Assembly: GCF_001194135.2 (NCBI RefSeq)
Contig: NC_068985.1
Location: forward strand, 9,843,520-9,907,519
Direction: 5' to 3'
Source: Octopus bimaculoides
Lineage: Eukaryota
DNA: 64,000 nucleotides
Shown here: positions 49,052 to 60,949 of the stretch, piece after piece
Numbering within the stretch: position 1 is the stretch's first letter
Layout: the number at the start of each line of letters is the position of its first letter
Program-made: the position numbers and the translations under genes
Notes under the pieces: model-generated
The model's input: the letters and a program-made list of their open reading frames with translations, nothing else
Databases searched by the model: none
Told to the model about the DNA's origin: nothing

Positions 49052-52000
49052 GGGTCATCCCATAAATAAATAATGTGGTTTTTCAATTGCATGAACTGAA
49101 AGTCTGAGGGGGGGGGGGATAAACTACCTGCATCAACTGGCTATAAAAGCAGTAATTTTAGCTTGTCCTTATTCTTAGTGCAAGTTTTGAAGAGTGCAGT
49201 TCGATTTTAACACTTATCTTTTCAAAGGTATAATAGAAGTGACAAAGGAGCATATTCGGCATAATTTGCTTTATGAGTTCAATAAAGGCAACGCAACAGA
49301 ATGTGCGAGGAATATTAATGCAGTATATGGAGAATCAAACAATAAGTGTCAGCCAGTGTCAATGGTGATTCCAGAAATTCTGAGTTGGAAACCATCCGAC
49401 CCATGCCAGCATGGAAAACGGACGTTAAACGACAACGACAACGACATTTTAACTGAAAAAAAATAGGAACTGACATGGCAGTTTTTAATGTGAAGAGAAA
49501 AAATTTTGTACCAAAATTTAACTCTAAACTAGGGGCATGACCTAATCACAAGTACATATGGTATATTTCTATTTACAATAAATACAATATATTTACATAG
49601 CAGTTAACGCCAAGTGAGAAAACAAAACACATTATATGTTATATGCATTTTATAATTCCACAAGTCACAGGGACACTACCTGTAACTGAATTTTACACAG
49701 TTATAATACAAGATTTATTATTAAACATAAAGTTGAGATTGGTGAATAGCATTATACTTGAGATTTGAAAAAGGGGGGTAAAATATATTGATTTTTAGCT
49801 GCAAAACATGAGACCTGCATTATATTTGAGATTACATAGCACTCACTACCAAGTGGTTGTGCTGCTTGCAAGCAAAAATCGAAATCATAATTGAACCAAG
49901 TTCAATGACTGGCACCTGTGCCAGTGGAGCACTAACAGCACCATCCGAGCGTGATCATTGCCAGAGCAGCTGTCTGGCTTCCGTGTTAGTGGCACGTAAA
50001 TAACACCATTTGAGCGTGATTGTTACCAATGTCGCCTTACTGGCACTTGTACCGGTGGCATGTTAGAAAGCATTCAAGCGAGGTTGTTGCCAGTGCCGCT
50101 GAACTGGCTCCTATGTAGGCAGCACGTAAAAAACACCATTTTGAGCGTGGCTGTTGCCAATACCTTGTGACTGGCCCTCGTGCCGGTGGCACGTAAAAGC
50201 ACCCACTACACTCTCGGAGTGGTTGGCGTTAGGAAGGGCATCCAGCTGTAGAAACTCTGCCAGATCGGATTGGAGCCTGGTGCAGCCATCTGGTTCGCCA
50301 GTCCTCAGTCAAATCGTCCAACCCATGCTAGCATGGAAAGCGGACGTTAAACGATGATGACGATGATGATAATTGCAATTCTTACATCTTTGTAGATATT
50401 TATAAATGTTTGTGCATATGTGTGTGTGTGATTCTTTGTCATGACATATTGTATGATAGTTGTAAACGAGCATCACCTTCACACAAGTGTGTCCCATCAT
50501 TTCTGCCTTCCATGAAAGCATGTCTGGTCACAGGGGAAATATTACTTTGCTTGGAAACAGGTAGGGTCTCTGGATGCAGAAAATCCTACCTCAATGAATT
50601 CCATCAAGTCAATCTGTGCTCCATCATTTATTCACATTAACATCCAGTAGATCATACCCACTTCATTTCTTTCCAGGTTTCACACATCCTCCCTCAGCAT
50701 CCAGCATCTACGCTTCATTACCATGCAGCTTTACACTTCACACACAAGCACCATACAATCTCTCTTCACTCACAGAGAGAATCCCTTCAATGCCAGCAGA
50801 GATAATGGTAATCTGAACTTTTCCCATCCTGTTTTTATTTCACTCTCATCATTTAACGTCTGTTTCGCATGCTGACATGGGTTGGACAGTTTGACAGGAG
50901 CTGACAAGCCAGAGAGTTGCACCAGGCTCCAATTGTCTGTTTTGGGATAGTTTCTACAGCTGGATGCCCTTCCTGAAGCCAACCACTTCATGTAGTATAC
51001 CAGATGTTTTTTTATGCGGGCCCAGCACCAGTGCTGTTGCATGGCACCAACACAGGTAGTTTATATGTGGCACCAGCATAGGTGCTTTTATATGACACTG
51101 GCACAGGTGCCTCTACATGACACCAGCACAACAAATTAAGTCGTCTATCAACTACTTCTAGAAAGCCTTCTGAGCTCTTGAAGGAATTCATTTTATGAGT
51201 GTTCTTTCTTTTAATCTACTCTTGGGAATCTGCTACATGCAACATGTGGCCAAATGCTTCATCAAAAGAAATTTAACAGGATTTTTGGGGGGGTTTTTTC
51301 ATCATTTTTACACTGGATTCTTTGCTTGATTTCTTTCCTAATATTTTTCCATTTTTTGTTTTTGTTTTTGTTACGTTTCCCAAAAGCTGAAAAACTAGTA
51401 TATCTCAATAAAAAAAAAAGAGAGATTTCATGATGGTATTTAGACCAAGGTTAGCCCTGATCAAACAGACAAATGGTCATATATAGGAGAAATTGCCTAA
51501 CTGAATCACATCAGGAGAAAAATTTATTGCATTATAGCACAGATCTGTTAGGAGGCATAAGCACTTACACACACATGCACACATATGGCAGTAACTTCCA
51601 TCTACCAAATTCAATTACAAAGCATCATACACACACACACACAAACAGACAGACAGATCTATCTATATTTAAATTTGTGAACTTGAAATATTCACTGATA
51701 AAAGCAAGTTCAGAAAGTAAATTTTTCTTTCAGTAATTTATTATAGTCGTAATGTATCTGTAATTTAAAGAAACTTCAAGATTTAACGTGCTAGAAATAG
51801 CAGCGATCACATAGTTATTATTGTAAGGCTTATAGCGTTCCAAACAGCCGCACCAACAAAATCACTTTTTTTAAAAAAAATTATACCGATATATTAAAAA
51901 CGTTTCATTTTATTAAAAATAAGCCTCAAAGTTATACACCTATTTTGTCTAATAGCATTCATTCATTCAATAAATAATTTTTTACATTACGTATATAGAA

Positions 52001-55000
52001 TAAACTGTGAGTTTTGCAAATAGTGAATTAAAAACTTGAAAGGAAAACATTGAAATGAAAATAGAGGCGAGAGAGAGTGAGAGACTGTTGCAAATGAAAA
52101 CGGAAAATTTCACCTGCAACGAATTAATATTGGTTATTAAATCTACTCCGCAGTGAATGCAACGAATATTTAAATTTGTGAAAAACTTGTAGTTCAAATA
52201 TTCAATAACTGTCAGAAATTTCTTTGAACTTGAATTTATAAAAAAAATTTCCAGACGGTCAAGCCTTTAATAATTGCTTTCTTTTAGTAACTGTTACATA
52301 CCTAATTAATAAGCAGCTTTCTCCATTATAATATAAATATATAAACACATAAAACAGCAAAGAAGAAATGTAAAAAAGACATTAATTAAATTTGCAAGAA
52401 AGCACATACATACCTGGTCTGACTCGAAGAGTCGCACTGGCTAAAGCTACTTGAATAATCTGTCCGAGTCTTTCAACAGAGCAGAGGCAAGTCTCTTCCT
52501 CTGGTGATAAACCGTAACGTTTGCAAATGTCCATAAGTTCCTGAGATGTCTTTTTGATGTCAGCCGGTGTGAAAGGGTGCCCAGTGGCATTCGGTACGTT
52601 GGGGCCAAGCAGTCCACTGACCGCAGTCCGGCCGGTACCGGTCGCTGCTGCTGCGTTGTTGGCGAGCAGGCTTTGAAGGACCCCCAAGTGGAGCCGCGAG
52701 AAGAGCTGCTGCTGCTGCTGGAGTCGATTGTTATTGTTGCAGGTATTGGCCACCCCGATGTCCCCCCAGCAGTTTTTGTTGTTGTCAGTGGCCTTGAGAC
52801 ATAGCACGGGTCCCTTGACGCACCAGTTGGTGAGTCCAGGAAACGGTGAGCAGCCGTGCGAGGCGAACATCCGATAGCTACTGCCAGAGGATGCTGGACG
52901 CATAGACACCGAACACAGTCTGCTATCCGAGGAGATCCAGTTGGTGACATGTTCCACAAGTTTCTCTGGCGGCATACCATCTAAAGCTGTAACAAATGAA
53001 ACAACCACCATTTTATACAACATCGTAACAGGTAAGTCATTATCAATTAGAATCAATCATCATCATCATCATCATCGTTTAACGTCTGCTTTCCATGCTA
53101 GCATGGGTTGGACGATTTGACTGGGGACTGGCGAACCAGATGGTTACACCAGGCTCCAATCTGATCTGGCAGAGTTTCTACAGCTGGATGCCCTTCCTAA
53201 CCAGTGCTGATGTCGCATAAAAAGCACCCAGTATACTCTGTAAAGTGGTTGGCATTAGGAAGGACATCAGCTGTAGAAACCATGCCAAAATGGACAATTG
53301 GAGCCAGGTACAGCTCTCTGGCTTGCATGCTCCTGTCAAACTGTCCAAACCATGCCAGCATGGAAGATGAACGTTAAGTGATGATGATGATATCAAAATC
53401 TTGCAGCTATGTAATAACACATGATTAATTCAAAACAAAGTGAATAAATAAGTATTACATTTGACAGATTGATCCAAGGGTTAAACAGTTAAGAAAGATA
53501 CTTTTCCTGACCTCAATCTTCATATAAAACAAAAGAGACAAAACTCATTCAACTTACTGTTACATGGGAATAGAGCGGTTACCGCTGCAATGAAGTTACA
53601 GGCAAATAGTGGTGAGATACTGGGCAGTGCTTGAAATGTTGGAATCACACCTGGAAACAGTTGGCAGTAGTCGTTGACCATGGATTTGGCCATGCAGCAC
53701 ACTGGTTCACTGTCACAGCCTCGCTCCTGCATTTCAAATATATAAGTTATAACAAGTATTAATGTACTGTATAAGCGTGCATGTGTGTTGATATATGGGT
53801 ATATATCCCTGTATGCATATATGAATGTATTAATGTATATATCAGTGTGTTCATATATGTGTGAGTGTACGTATTTGCCAACACAATGTGGCAGTCCTAC
53901 ACAGGATGATATTACTACTTTTTTGATTTTATTCACCTTACTTTCAGCTGTGCGGATAATACCAGACTGACATGGTGCTTCAACTTAAGGACCTAATTCA
54001 ACTGAATCTTAATTATTTCATATGTGTGTGTGTGTGTGTGTGTGTAAATAGAAATAAATGTAATCATTTCTAAATCTCTCTAAATATATATANNNNNNNN
54101 NNNNNNNNNNNNNNNNNNNNNNNNNNNNNNNNNNNNNNNNNNNNNNNNNNNNNNNNNNNNNNNNNNNNNNNNNNNNNNNNNNNNNNNNNNNNNNNNNNNN
54201 NNNNNNNNNNNNNNNNNNNNNNNNNNNNNNNNNNNNNNNNNNNNNNNNNNNNNNNNNNNNNNNNNNNNNNNNNNNNNNNNNNNNNNNNNNNNNNNNNNNN
54301 NNNNNNNNNNNNNNNNNNNNNNNNNNNNNNNNNNNNNNNNNNNNNNNNNNNNNNNNNNNNNNNNNNNNNNNNNNNNNNNNNNNNNNNNNNNNNNNNNNNN
54401 NNNNNNNNNNNNNNNNNNNNNNNNNNNNNNNNNNNNNNNNNNNNNNNNNNNNNNNNNNNNNNNNNNNNNNNNNNNNNNNNNNNNNNNNNNNNNNNNNNNN
54501 NNNNNNNNNNNNNNNNNNNNTATATATATATATATATATATATCGTTGAAATTTACAAAAGATGAAGACAGGTGTATAAACAACAAGCAGGTGTATTATT
54601 TTGATGCTCGGGAAGGTGAGAAAGTCTTTTACATTTCGAGCCTACGCTCTTCGACAGAAAGGAACACGAAGAAATAAACAGAGAGAATATAAAAGGAAGA
54701 GAATAAAAGGAGAAAGAATAAAAAAAACTTGTGGATTTAGTGGTCCATCATGAATTGTAACAGATATTTTATATGCTTTTATCATGGGTCACCCGTTGCA
54801 TGTGTGTGAGTGAAACAGAGAGAGTGTATGTGAAATTGAAAGAGAGTGTGTATAAATTTGGGAAAGATTGTGTAAGAATATGACAGTGTGTATGTGAGAG
54901 ACGATGTACACATATGAATTGGAAGATGTGCATACATATAAGAGCAAGAAGCCAGCTTACAGGCATCAAGATATACCATTATCAGGAAAACCAAACATAG

Positions 55001-57078
55001 TCAACACACTATTGGTTAATGAGTTTTGAAAAAACTAGATATAATGATGAATCCAACAAGAATATAGCACATTTGTCCATGATGACAAGTATGCTAAGAG
55101 AAAGTACTTTATCACTGTTGGGAGGGGGTTACTCGAGTACACTGACAGCTAATTTATTTTTATCAACCCCTTAGGAAGGAGAGGGCAAAGGATCAGAAAA
55201 TGTGGTGCACTGCTGTACTCAAGAAGACTTGTCCACCTAAACAGAAATGATATCCTAAAACCACGGTGCCACATAAAATGTACTGGTGCTGGTTCCTCGT
55301 GGGAAAATAAAGGTAAAAAAATTTAAAGAAGTGTGAAAACAAGGAGTGTGTTTAGATACCTGCATCCATAGAGCAGTACAGTCGAGAACAGCCGTACACT
55401 TTATTGACATTGCCATGGAAACAAGCTTGGTCAGCAAATTGACTTTCAACAAGGCCGCTTCCCCGGCAAACATGATGGCAAATATGCTGTTTCTTTCATT
55501 TTCCTTCTGGTCAGTGATGTATGAGCAGAGAATTTCGAGTAGCTGCAGTTCTTGGATGGCAGTGAGTCGCTGAAAGAGTAATTAAGAACAAAACTGAGAG
55601 AGAGACAGACAAACAGACAGACACAGACAGACAGACAGAGACAGATAGAGATCATCCAATGTTTTGGGGGTTTTTTTCCAGGTGTGATACACCCAAGACT
55701 ACATTGGCCAATATATTTTTCATTTTATTGGTGTTGTTTAGTTCCAGGTCAGCCCTAACCAGGCAGGCTGATGTATGTTTAAAAGGATTCCAGCTATGAC
55801 CATCATCATCATCATCATTATTTCTATATCCAACACAAGAAGAAACAAAAGGAGATAATAAGTGAAACTTTTACATCAATGATTTTCACCCAGGGTCCAT
55901 ATAAGATTGTTACTAAAATTTTATATAACATATAACAAAAAGCACCCACTACACTCTCGGAGTGGTTGGCGTTAGGAAGGGCATCCAGCTGTAGAAACTC
56001 TGCCAGATCAGATTGGAGCCTGGTGCAGCCTCCTGGCTTCCCAGACTCCAGTAGAACTTTCCAACCCATGCTAGCATGGAAAACGGATGTTAAACGATGA
56101 TGATGATGATATTTCTTTTGCTGAGAAGACCTGGAAACTAAAGTGAGATCACAGCCACGCATGTCTGGCCCTGTTAAGAATACCCTTGATGCGTCGGTCA
56201 ATATGATATGCTTGAGAAGACCTGTTGAGTAAAGTAAAACCAATATCATAGCTGGGGCTAGTGCCCACCGACTGGCTCCCATGCTGGTGGCACGTAAAAA
56301 GCACCATCCAAATGTAGTCAATGCCAGGTCCGCCTGACTGGCTCCTGTGCTGGTGGCACATAAAAGCCACAAACCAAACATGGCCAATGCCAGTACCCCC
56401 AGACTGGCTCCCAAGCCAGTGGCATATAAAAAGCACCATCTGAACATGGTCAATGCCAGGTCTGCCTCACTGGCTCTCGTGCCAGTGGCATGTAAAAAGC
56501 ACCAACTGAACGTGGCTGATACCAGGCCAACCTGACTGACTCCTGTGCTGGTAGCATGTAAAAAGCACCCACTCTTGGAGTGGTTGGCGTTAGGAAAGGC
56601 ATCCAGCTGTAGAAACTCTGCCAGATTAGATGGAGCCTGGTGCAGCCATCTTGTTCGCCAGACCTCAGTCAAATCGTCCAACCCATGCCAGCATGGAAAG
56701 TGGACGTTAAACAATGATGATGACTTTGGCTAATGTAGTTCTTCTATTTAAACAAAAGAACAAAATGGGATGGTCACAACTCATAAGTCTGCTCAACAAG
56801 GCTAGACCTGTGGTTAAAAAAATAAAAATAACAAAACAAGTAATGAAAATATGATGATGATGAAAATGATGGAGCAAACTGAAAGACAGACATACCTTTG
56901 GATTGCAGGCAAAATGAATGAAATCTCTAGAAACTTCCACAGTATAGTCTTCTCCACCTCCTCCTAATCCTGGAATTCCACCAGTTTCTTTCCTCAGGCA
57001 GCGGCTCAGGTAGTGAAGGGCCTCCCTTGTACACTCAGGGAAGTCGAGATAGCTGAGTCGCTTGAGAATGTTGGACAT
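45792..57078 (-). CDS. INTS15: Integrator complex subunit 15 (C7orf26) orthologue, 6 coding exons, 408 aa: join(56896-57078, 55360-55569, 53558-53726, 52414-52986, 46621-46660, 45792-45843)
   Basis: All junctions are GT-AG with consistent phases (0,0,1,1,2). Translation matches recalled human C7orf26 motifs: RLTAIQELQLLEILCSY; LLTKLVSMAMSIKCTAVLDCTALWMQ; AKSMVNDYCQLFPG; FPGLTNWCVKGP; LFSRLHLGVLQSL; VERLGQIIQVALAS; LLPANRLLRLI. Confidence 0.9.
46621..46660 (-). CDS. INTS15: INTS15 coding exon 5 (40-nt exon, AQLCEILQLLPANR)
   Basis: Acceptor ATTTTTCAG, donor TAG|GTAAGA, phase 1 to 2. Aligns to human DDLRTLCSRLPHNN. Confidence 0.8.
49050..49380 (+). mobile_element. Mariner 5' remnant
   Basis: TIR-like TAGGGTCATCCCATAAATAA and EVTKEHIRHNLLYEFNKGNATECARNINAVYGE. 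Confidence 0.75.
49900..50372 (+). mobile_element. RTE-tailed interspersed repeat, family C, with ~55-60-bp minisatellite body and (GAT)n tail
   Basis: GGTTGGCGTTAGGAAGGGCATCCAGC..GGAAAGCGGACGTTAAACGATGATGA. Many copies, e.g. 8210-8442, 9660-9980, 11230-11560, 24500-24830, 25157-25560, 28860-29085, 30045-30345, 41265-41750, 46010-46185, 53055-53395, 55935-56725 and 57185-57430. Confidence 0.8.
52414..52986 (-). CDS. INTS15: INTS15 coding exon 4 (LDGMPPEK...LRVRP)
   Basis: Acceptor TTTGTTACAG, donor CAG|GTATGT, 573 nt, phase 1 to 1. It is the true part of ORF 52382..53056. Confidence 0.9.
53558..53726 (-). CDS. INTS15: INTS15 coding exon 3 (ERGCDSEP...ALFPCN)
   Basis: Acceptor AAATGCAG, donor ACA|GTAAGT, 169 nt, phase 0 to 1. 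Confidence 0.9.
54626..54661 (-). ncRNA. Hammerhead-like variant with CUGUCGA core
   Basis: CUUU-CUGUCGA-A-GAGCguagGCUC-GAAA-UGUA^AAAG. All stems are present but A6 is replaced by U. Confidence 0.45.
55360..55569 (-). CDS. INTS15: INTS15 coding exon 2 (RLTAIQELQLLE...LWMQ, 70 codons)
   Basis: Acceptor TACTCTTTCAG, donor CAG|GTATCT, open frame with conserved motifs. Confidence 0.9.
56896..57078 (-). CDS. INTS15: INTS15 coding exon 1 (MSNILKR...FACNPK, 61 codons)
   Basis: ATG at 57078. The upstream acceptor TTTCTTTCAG ending at 57087 implies an earlier non-coding exon. Donor AAG|GTATGT. Confidence 0.85.
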
Positions 57079-58496
57079 TTTAACTCCTGAAAGAAACGAG
57101 AAGAACGTTATTATTATTTTTATTTTCTCCTTACATATTCCAATACCAATTTCTTCATCTAAAAATATCTGAGATGAACATCATCTTCATCATCGTCGTT
57201 TAACGTCCGCTTTCCATGCTGGCATGGGTTGGACGGTTTGACTGAGGACTGGTGAGCAAGAGGCTGCACCAGGCTCAATCTGATCTGGCAAAGTTTCTAC
57301 AGCTGGATTCCTTTCCTAACGCCAACCACTCCAAGAGTGTAGTGGGTGCTTTTATATGCCACCGGCACAAGGGCCAGTCAGGTGGTTCTGGCAATGACCA
57401 CACTCGAATGTTGTTTTTCATGTGCCACCAGCACTCACCTCGTCTTTAAAGATGAAAACATTTTTAATTAGCACAAGAGTACTACTTTAGTGTTAGTATA
57501 AATGCAGATGTAAGGTATTAATAAATACACATTATTAACCTTGCTGTGAAAAAGTGGACATTAAGGCAGTGAGCCAGCAGAATCGTTAGCAAACCCTGCC
57601 AGAGTTGGGGGCTATGTAAAAAGCATCCAGTCCACACTGTGAAGTGGTTGGCATTTGGAAGGGCATCCAGCTGTAAAAACCATGCGAAACTGATTTCATC
57701 TCAGCTGGTGCCATGTAAAACACCATCCAGTACATTCTGCACAGTGGTTGGTGTTAGGAAGAGCATCCAAGTATAAAAACGATGCCAAAACAGACACAGA
57801 ACAGTTAAGTTACAGGAACAAAAACACACCAGCATCAGTTGTCAAGTGATGGTGGAGGGACAAACACAGACACACAGAGTGTAGGGGGTGCTTTTTACAT
57901 GCCATCAGCACAGGAGCCAGTCAGGCAGGTTTGGTATGGATCACATTCAGATAGTGCTTTTTATGTGCCACTGGCACAAGAGCCAGTCAGTGGGTACTGG
58001 CATCGGCCACGATTTGTTGGTGCATGTTACGTGCCACCGGCATGGGAGCCAGTGAGGCGGACCTGGCATCGACCATGTTTGGATGGTGCTTTTTATGTGC
58101 CACCGGCATAACCATTATCAGTAGCACATGCATAGTAAGAGCACTTTGTTTAAATGTCCATTTACCGTGGGGCAGTGTCTGGGGAAAGCTCCCTACATCA
58201 CACGAAGGGTTAAAGAAAACAATATATCCTGGGCCTGGTGAGACAACTCACCCTGAAGTGACCAGGAAAGGCAGAGGTCAACATTTCACCATTATTGTGG
58301 TTTATAAATAGCATGTACACGGGTAACCTAGAAACTGGTCACTGACTTACATGCAAATAGAGTGATGTCTATTTGCTGGTGTGCTACAGTGTACCACATG
58401 TGAAAGTAAACTAAATTACAAATTAAAAGAAACTCCAGTAATGTGCAACCAATAATATATGTATAGACATACATGTGTGTGCATATATGTATATGC

Positions 58497-58535
<39 letters not shown>

Positions 58536-58809
58536 TATATCCATACATATATGTACATACCTACATCTATATGTATACATACATGCATATATGGGTACAG
58601 GACATCAAAAAAAAAAAACGTTAAACACAATGAGAAATGAAAACAGAAAACAAAATTTTTCGAACGAAATAAACAAACAGAGAAACGAGACATGCAACAT
58701 AAAGAGTATAACCTTTCGTCAGTTGTCCCTGTTCCATCTACTCCGCGTTTTGAAGGCAAGGACAATATGCGACTTTGTTGGAACAGTCTTTCCCACAAAG
58801 CAAATTAAA

Positions 58810-59790
58810 TAAAATTTGGAATTTTTTGTGGAGGCACCTCCTCCCAGGTCTTCCTCTTCTACAGGTTCCCTCAACCGTTAGGGTGTGGCACTTTTTCACA
58901 CAGCTATCCTCATCCATTCTTGCCACATGTCCATACCAGCACAATCGTCTCTCTTGCACACCACAACTGATGCTTCTTAGGTCCAACTTTTCTCTCAAGG
59001 TACTTACACTCTGTTGAGTATGCACACTGACATTACACATCCATCGGAGCATACTGGCTTCGTTTCTTGCGAGCTTACGCATGTCATCAGCAGTCACGGC
59101 CCATGTAGCATGGCGGTTCATACATATGCATCATACAGTCTGCCTTTTACTCTGAGAGAGAGAGACCCTTTGTTGCCAGCAGAAGTAAGAGCCCTCTGAA
59201 CTTTGCCCAGGCTATTCTTATTCTAGCAGCTACACTTTCAGTGCACCCTCCCCCGCTACAAACTTGGTCACCTAGGTAGCGGAAGCTATCAACTACGTCT
59301 AGTTTTTCTCCCTGGAGTGTGGCAAAGGTTGTTTTCTGCACATTTTCAGTGTTTATTGCTCCTGAGCATCTGCCACATACAAAAACTATCTTGTTAGTTA
59401 GCCTTCCTTTGATATTGCTGTACCTCTTATGTGTTCATAGCTTACACTGGGTACATCTTATGGAGTTTCTACAGATTGAGCAGGGCCATCTACCTGAAGG
59501 GGTTTGTGTTTTGTCTACCTTCCCAATTATTAGGACATTGGTTCAATTCTAGTCCTTGCTTCCACACCTGAAACTTCTATAGTTCTGATAGTGACTCAGC
59601 AATTAGTGCAAGGTCACCAGCATAGAGGAGCTCTCAGGGACATCCCGTCTTGAATTCCTGTGTTATTGTCTGGAGGACTATGATAAATAGAAGGGGGCTG
59701 AGGACTGAACCTTGGTGGACCCCTACCTCAATCCGGAATTCTTCACTGTACTCATTGCCAACCCTCACCTTACTGACAGCGTCCCTGTAC
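58810..59790 (-). mobile_element. RTE-clade LINE, degenerate RT core to C-terminus
   Basis: GVHQGSVLSPLLFIIVL, LLYAGDLALI (YADD equivalent), DVVDSFRYLGD, EASMLRWMCNVS, RRLCWYGHVARMDEDSCVKKC, RGRP. Confidence 0.85.
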
Positions 59791-59871
59791 ACATCATTTA
59801 ATGTCTGTTGTCCAAGCTAGCATGGGTTGGACGGTTTGACTGGGGCTGGTAAGCTGAAAGGCTGCACCTCA

Positions 59872-60645
59872 TTTCAGCCATGTGGCTGCGGTCATGCTGG
59901 AGCACTACCATGGTCTTTCCTCAGTCTGGGGTGTTTCACATCACCTCTCCTGTATGTGCCTTTGTCCCAGCTGTTGGCCCATTTGGTCTATAAGGGAGTT
60001 TAATTCCGCTGCCCTCATCTGCACCTCATGTCAGGCCTTTGGTTCATCTAGTATTGTGGAGAGGAAGATGTCTAGTTCCTTTTTGAAGACATCTACTTCT
60101 ACCTTATGCAGGTTTCTTCATTTTTGTGGCAGGGCATTGAAGAACCGTGGGCCTTTAAACCCTAGACTATTGCAGTACCTGGTCCTGAATTTAGATGGAG
60201 TGGATAGTACTTTTGGTACAATACAATGCCATCCAGTTCTGGCATTTGTATAACACTCAATGCCAAAATTAGGTACAAGCCCTTCCAGAATTTTCCATAT
60301 GTAGATTATTACATATCTGTTGCACCTTCACTGCAAGGAGTAAAGTCACAGTTTTCACAGCCTGTCCCCGTAGCTCATCCACTGCACTGTTTCAATCTTT
60401 TTAGTGTAGTGGCGTCTGACTGCTTCAAGCTCTGCAGTTAGTTTGGCACTATGTGGGGACCCTAACTGGGAGCAGTAGTCCAGGCAGCTGAGAATAAAGG
60501 TTCTCCATAGGGTCAACATAGTTTCTTGGTCTCGTTTTGAAGGACCTTGATACCCATCCTGCCAATTCTCTGTATCTTGCTGCCATCTTGGTAATGTGCA
60601 TACGAAATGATGCATCAGTGCACATAGTGATCCCCAAGTCTTTCA
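59872..60645 (-). mobile_element. CR1/L2-group LINE, ORF2 C-terminal part and 3' UTR
   Basis: KDLGITMCTDASFRMHI..WVSRSFKTRDQETMLTLWRTFILSCLDYCSQL..LEAVRRHYTKKI with frameshifts. Confidence 0.8.
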
Positions 60646-60949
60646 CTGTAGTGGTGATAATAGTAACGAAAAAAAAAAAGAGAGGAGACAGTACAGTCTT
60701 CATGAGAAACTTCATGCTAATTAGCAAGTTCTTTTTTTTTTGTCTTTCTTTTTGATCACAATGTTTGGATGAGTAGAAATATTAGTGACACCGTTGTGGT
60801 TCTCATGTGAACTTTCCAGAGAGACAACAGGCGTCCAGGAGCTGAAGTATTTATAGGCTTTGAAAGTAAAAACTAGTCTTTGGGGTACAGTTTTCTTCTA
60901 TGTGAAATTGCCAAGACAGAAAGGAAAAATTGGAATTTATTACAGCTAT

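Noticed and set aside
52382-52413. ORF continuation GMYVLSCKFN* as the INTS15 C-terminus
   Set aside because: A consensus donor at 52413 and two downstream in-phase exons restore the conserved C-terminal helix.
55824-56714. 296-aa ORF
   Set aside because: It is a translation of family C repeats and their minisatellite inside an INTS15 intron.
58700-58765. Minus-strand CUGACGA near AAACGCG as a possible type II hammerhead
   Set aside because: GAAA is not intact and there is no UH triplet or stem I closure.
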